Assembly: GCA_963693365.1 (NCBI GenBank)
Contig: CAVNZM010000013.1
Span: 7,872,440-7,936,439, forward strand
DNA length: 64,000 nt
Direction of reading: 5' to 3'
Origin: Amoebidium appalachense
Lineage: Eukaryota > Protista > Ichthyosporea
Position numbers and translations under genes: made by a program. How positions within the stretch are numbered: position 1 is the first letter of the stretch; each line of letters opens with the position of its first letter. Positions 61,729-64,000 of this stretch are shown one piece after another. The notes beneath the pieces are model-generated. The model was not told where the DNA came from. It did no database searches and saw only the letters and a program-made list of their open reading frames with translations.

Positions 61729-62094
61729 ATGCAGCTGGTACTCCTGCTCATGGCCCTCTGCGTGACCACCCTGCTTGCGCTTGCGCTGCGAGATGCGGTG
61801 CGCACGGTGTTCGGTCGTGACCCGCCCTGCGACGCACCCGCCTGTGCCGCCCTGCTTTACGACAAGCGCCTGGCCGCGGGCTGGGAGGCCGACACAGCCC
61901 GTTTTGGCGAATGCGGCCGGTGCCCGCGCATGGAAGTTTCCAATGTCAACGGCCTGCGCTACTGGAACGAGGAGAAGGGTCAATGGTTCTCGGCACAGAT
62001 GTCCTATGCCGACTTTGCCACACGCCTGGGCGACGACCGCACCGCCTGGCTCGCGCGGCTGGCCGCTGCGCTGAGAAGGGAGGGCCTCCGCTGA
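61729..62094 (+). CDS. Small membrane/secreted protein with Cys pairs
   Basis: Hydrophobic N-terminus, CDAPAC, ECGRCP. Confidence 0.65.
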   Translation: MQLVLLLMALCVTTLLALALRDAVRTVFGRDPPCDAPACAALLYDKRLAAGWEADTARFGECGRCPRMEVSNVNGLRYWNEEKGQWFSAQMSYADFATRLGDDRTAWLARLAAALRREGLR

Positions 62095-62136
62095 GGCAGG
62101 GATCAATCCACCTCAATTCTTGACCTTTTGATGCCC

Positions 62137-63645
62137 TCAGGGGAGGAGGCGCGCCGCTTGTTCTCGGACCTCGTTCACAAGTTGCTCGCCGTCCTTGCGT
62201 GTTGGCAGTCCTGCATCCTTAAGCTCGGCATCGGTCAATACGAGAACTTTCTTGGAAAGCACCATGTCCACGACCTCTCGGTAACGCTCCGGTTGATTGA
62301 CGCCGTCTTGCGCCCACCAATCCGCAGTTTGATACATCTTAGCCCCGTAGAGTTCGATCAGGCACTTTCCGTACATCGCGATCGTTCCCCCGACCTTATA
62401 GACCGCTTGGAATCCCCCATCCCTTGCGATTTTCGTCTTGATGAAGTTGCAGATCCGCTCGCCTATGGTGTGCCCATCCGCACCCGGTATGGACGACCAG
62501 TCGGCTTGTGAAGTCCGCAGCAGTATATAAATACTCAACCAAGACGCACAGGCCCCATCGACCACCTCGTCTCTGTCAAACAATTCGTCGTACAATGTCC
62601 TTTTTCCATGAAGATTTTGCAAATCAGTGCAAACCCTTTCGGGTTTGAGGGATCGAAGTATGTCTTTCAGCTTGCCTGTGGGATCAGCGCTTCTCATGAA
62701 TGAGACAAGGGCTTTTGTCAACGTGCTACTCGGGGCATGGACATTGAAGAACTCCAGAACTATACTCGACTTGTCACCTGAAACGAGTATGATGACAGAA
62801 GCATGGTGCACTTCACCTGTGTATATAATAAAGTAGGGCACCCGTTGGGGGTCAGTCAGCCATTGGAACAACATTGTCGCGAGTTCGTTCCTAAAAAAGA
62901 ACTTCCATTTAGGCATCGATATGGTGGTCATGAAGCCATCGTTCCTGAGTTGATTCCTAAACGATTGCTGGACAGTCATTGACTCGTTGTTGGGTTGTGT
63001 ACGGAGCAATTCTCCAGGGGCGAAAATTGTGGACTTCGGAAGATATGTCTGTAGCATTACTATAGTATTGGCTCTCCCCTCTACTGCAGGCGAAGTCCAC
63101 ACAGACCCCACCCCTATCAAATCTTTTATGGACCCCGAAATTTGTTGGGCCCCGCGGTACAGTTTGTCAAACAAGAAGTCTGCTACCGAATCCTCCTGCA
63201 AATATGGGGGTGTTGGGTTCCCAGGGATGGTACTCTTTTTGTACTCCTCGATCTGGTATGGGGCGTGCTTCACCATGATCTCCTTGAAAGCATTGCCCCT
63301 CTTGTCCAACATGAAGTTTCGAACCGAATCGTAAGTTGTGTCGAAGGTGCGTATCCCAGGACTATCTTGGTACTCGAACTCGATATTCACGGAGTAGCCA
63401 TCCTGTTGCGCATCGAACCGGAGACGTTTAACACAGGCAAGATACACCGGGATCGTGTCGGGTTCTGTGCTTTCCAGGGAGAGGGAGAGGCAACCGTTTT
63501 CCGGTGTCCATGCGTACGTCTGAGTGCTGGGGGAGACCGGTGTTTCTTCCACAAAATGTTCTGCATTTTTCTTTACGAACCTGAAAAAGCAGCGCGGCTT
63601 CACGGGAAATCTTTCCACTACATCATTCCCTCGCCCGTGTGCCAT
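62137..63645 (-). CDS. CE-clan-like cysteine protease, paralog 2 (intact)
   Basis: HHASVIIL (His), LEFFN (Asn in the Asp position), DLQ (oxyanion Gln), DGACASWL (Cys), in the H-D/N-Q-C order of adenain/Ulp1/I7-like proteases. Confidence 0.7.
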   Translation of the reverse strand: MAHGRGNDVVERFPVKPRCFFRFVKKNAEHFVEETPVSPSTQTYAWTPENGCLSLSLESTEPDTIPVYLACVKRLRFDAQQDGYSVNIEFEYQDSPGIRTFDTTYDSVRNFMLDKRGNAFKEIMVKHAPYQIEEYKKSTIPGNPTPPYLQEDSVADFLFDKLYRGAQQISGSIKDLIGVGSVWTSPAVEGRANTIVMLQTYLPKSTIFAPGELLRTQPNNESMTVQQSFRNQLRNDGFMTTISMPKWKFFFRNELATMLFQWLTDPQRVPYFIIYTGEVHHASVIILVSGDKSSIVLEFFNVHAPSSTLTKALVSFMRSADPTGKLKDILRSLKPERVCTDLQNLHGKRTLYDELFDRDEVVDGACASWLSIYILLRTSQADWSSIPGADGHTIGERICNFIKTKIARDGGFQAVYKVGGTIAMYGKCLIELYGAKMYQTADWWAQDGVNQPERYREVVDMVLSKKVLVLTDAELKDAGLPTRKDGEQLVNEVREQAARLLP

Positions 63646-64000
63646 CTATAGATTCAACACCCCAAAACTTTGGTGGCTTCGACTGTGTCTTCGTTATGTG
63701 TACTCTGACGTTGCTGTTCACGCACGCGCCCTTGCAGAACGCGCTGAGATACTTGACCGCAAACTGCGCCTTGACCTTCCCCGATCGACCTTCTTTGAAC
63801 TCCACACCCGTGGCGCTCTTCCCCTTCTGATCTTCAGCGCGTCCTCTCCCTTTCGGGGATGTCTATCCTGCACTTTCCTCAGCGCGCCCAGCGCACCCCG
63901 GGCCGGAGCGTGCGATCCGCGACAGTGATCTTCACGACATTGGACACGGCCTGGATGTCCCCTCAGGTAGCGCGCAAGCTCCTGGGCGTCGATGACAAAG
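63623..64000 (-). pseudogene. PCNA: C-terminal half of a PCNA sliding clamp, with frameshifts (decay or sequencing error)
   Basis: FVIDAQELARYLR/DIQAVSNVVKITV resembles [49 protein letters not shown] resembles [25 protein letters not shown]. Confidence 0.75.

Overview
Eukaryotic DNA rich in (CA)n and poly-C/poly-G tracts with GT-AG introns, falling into two halves. About 1-23.4 kb is host-like and holds four genes: the 3' part of a WH2/central-acidic actin nucleation-promoting factor, a GATA zinc-finger transcription factor, a RimJ/RimL-type GNAT acetyltransferase and an OTU-domain protein lacking the catalytic Cys. From about 25.4 kb to the window end, the sequence looks like an endogenized giant virus (Nucleocytoviricota). 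It has mostly intronless, densely packed ORFs: RuvC/A22-like Holliday junction resolvase, penton/minor-capsid-like protein, PCNA, two CE-clan cysteine proteases, KilA-N and T5orf172 proteins, SF3-type helicase, amino-DNA methyltransferase, degenerate PD-(D/E)xK protein, C2H2 and CCCH zinc-finger proteins, and small membrane proteins. At the left side of this region lies a 7-exon KDM4-like JmjN/JmjC histone demethylase with intact Fe, 2-oxoglutarate and Zn ligands. Other notable structures: hairpin-forming direct repeats delimiting nuclease-like and MTase cassettes, an ORF bracketed by inverted satellite arrays, Pol II-type TATA+Inr promoters inside the viral region, and a structured ~230-bp dispersed repeat in the host part. 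Most frameshifts fall in homopolymers and may be sequencing errors. All family calls are from motif recognition by eye; no searches were run.
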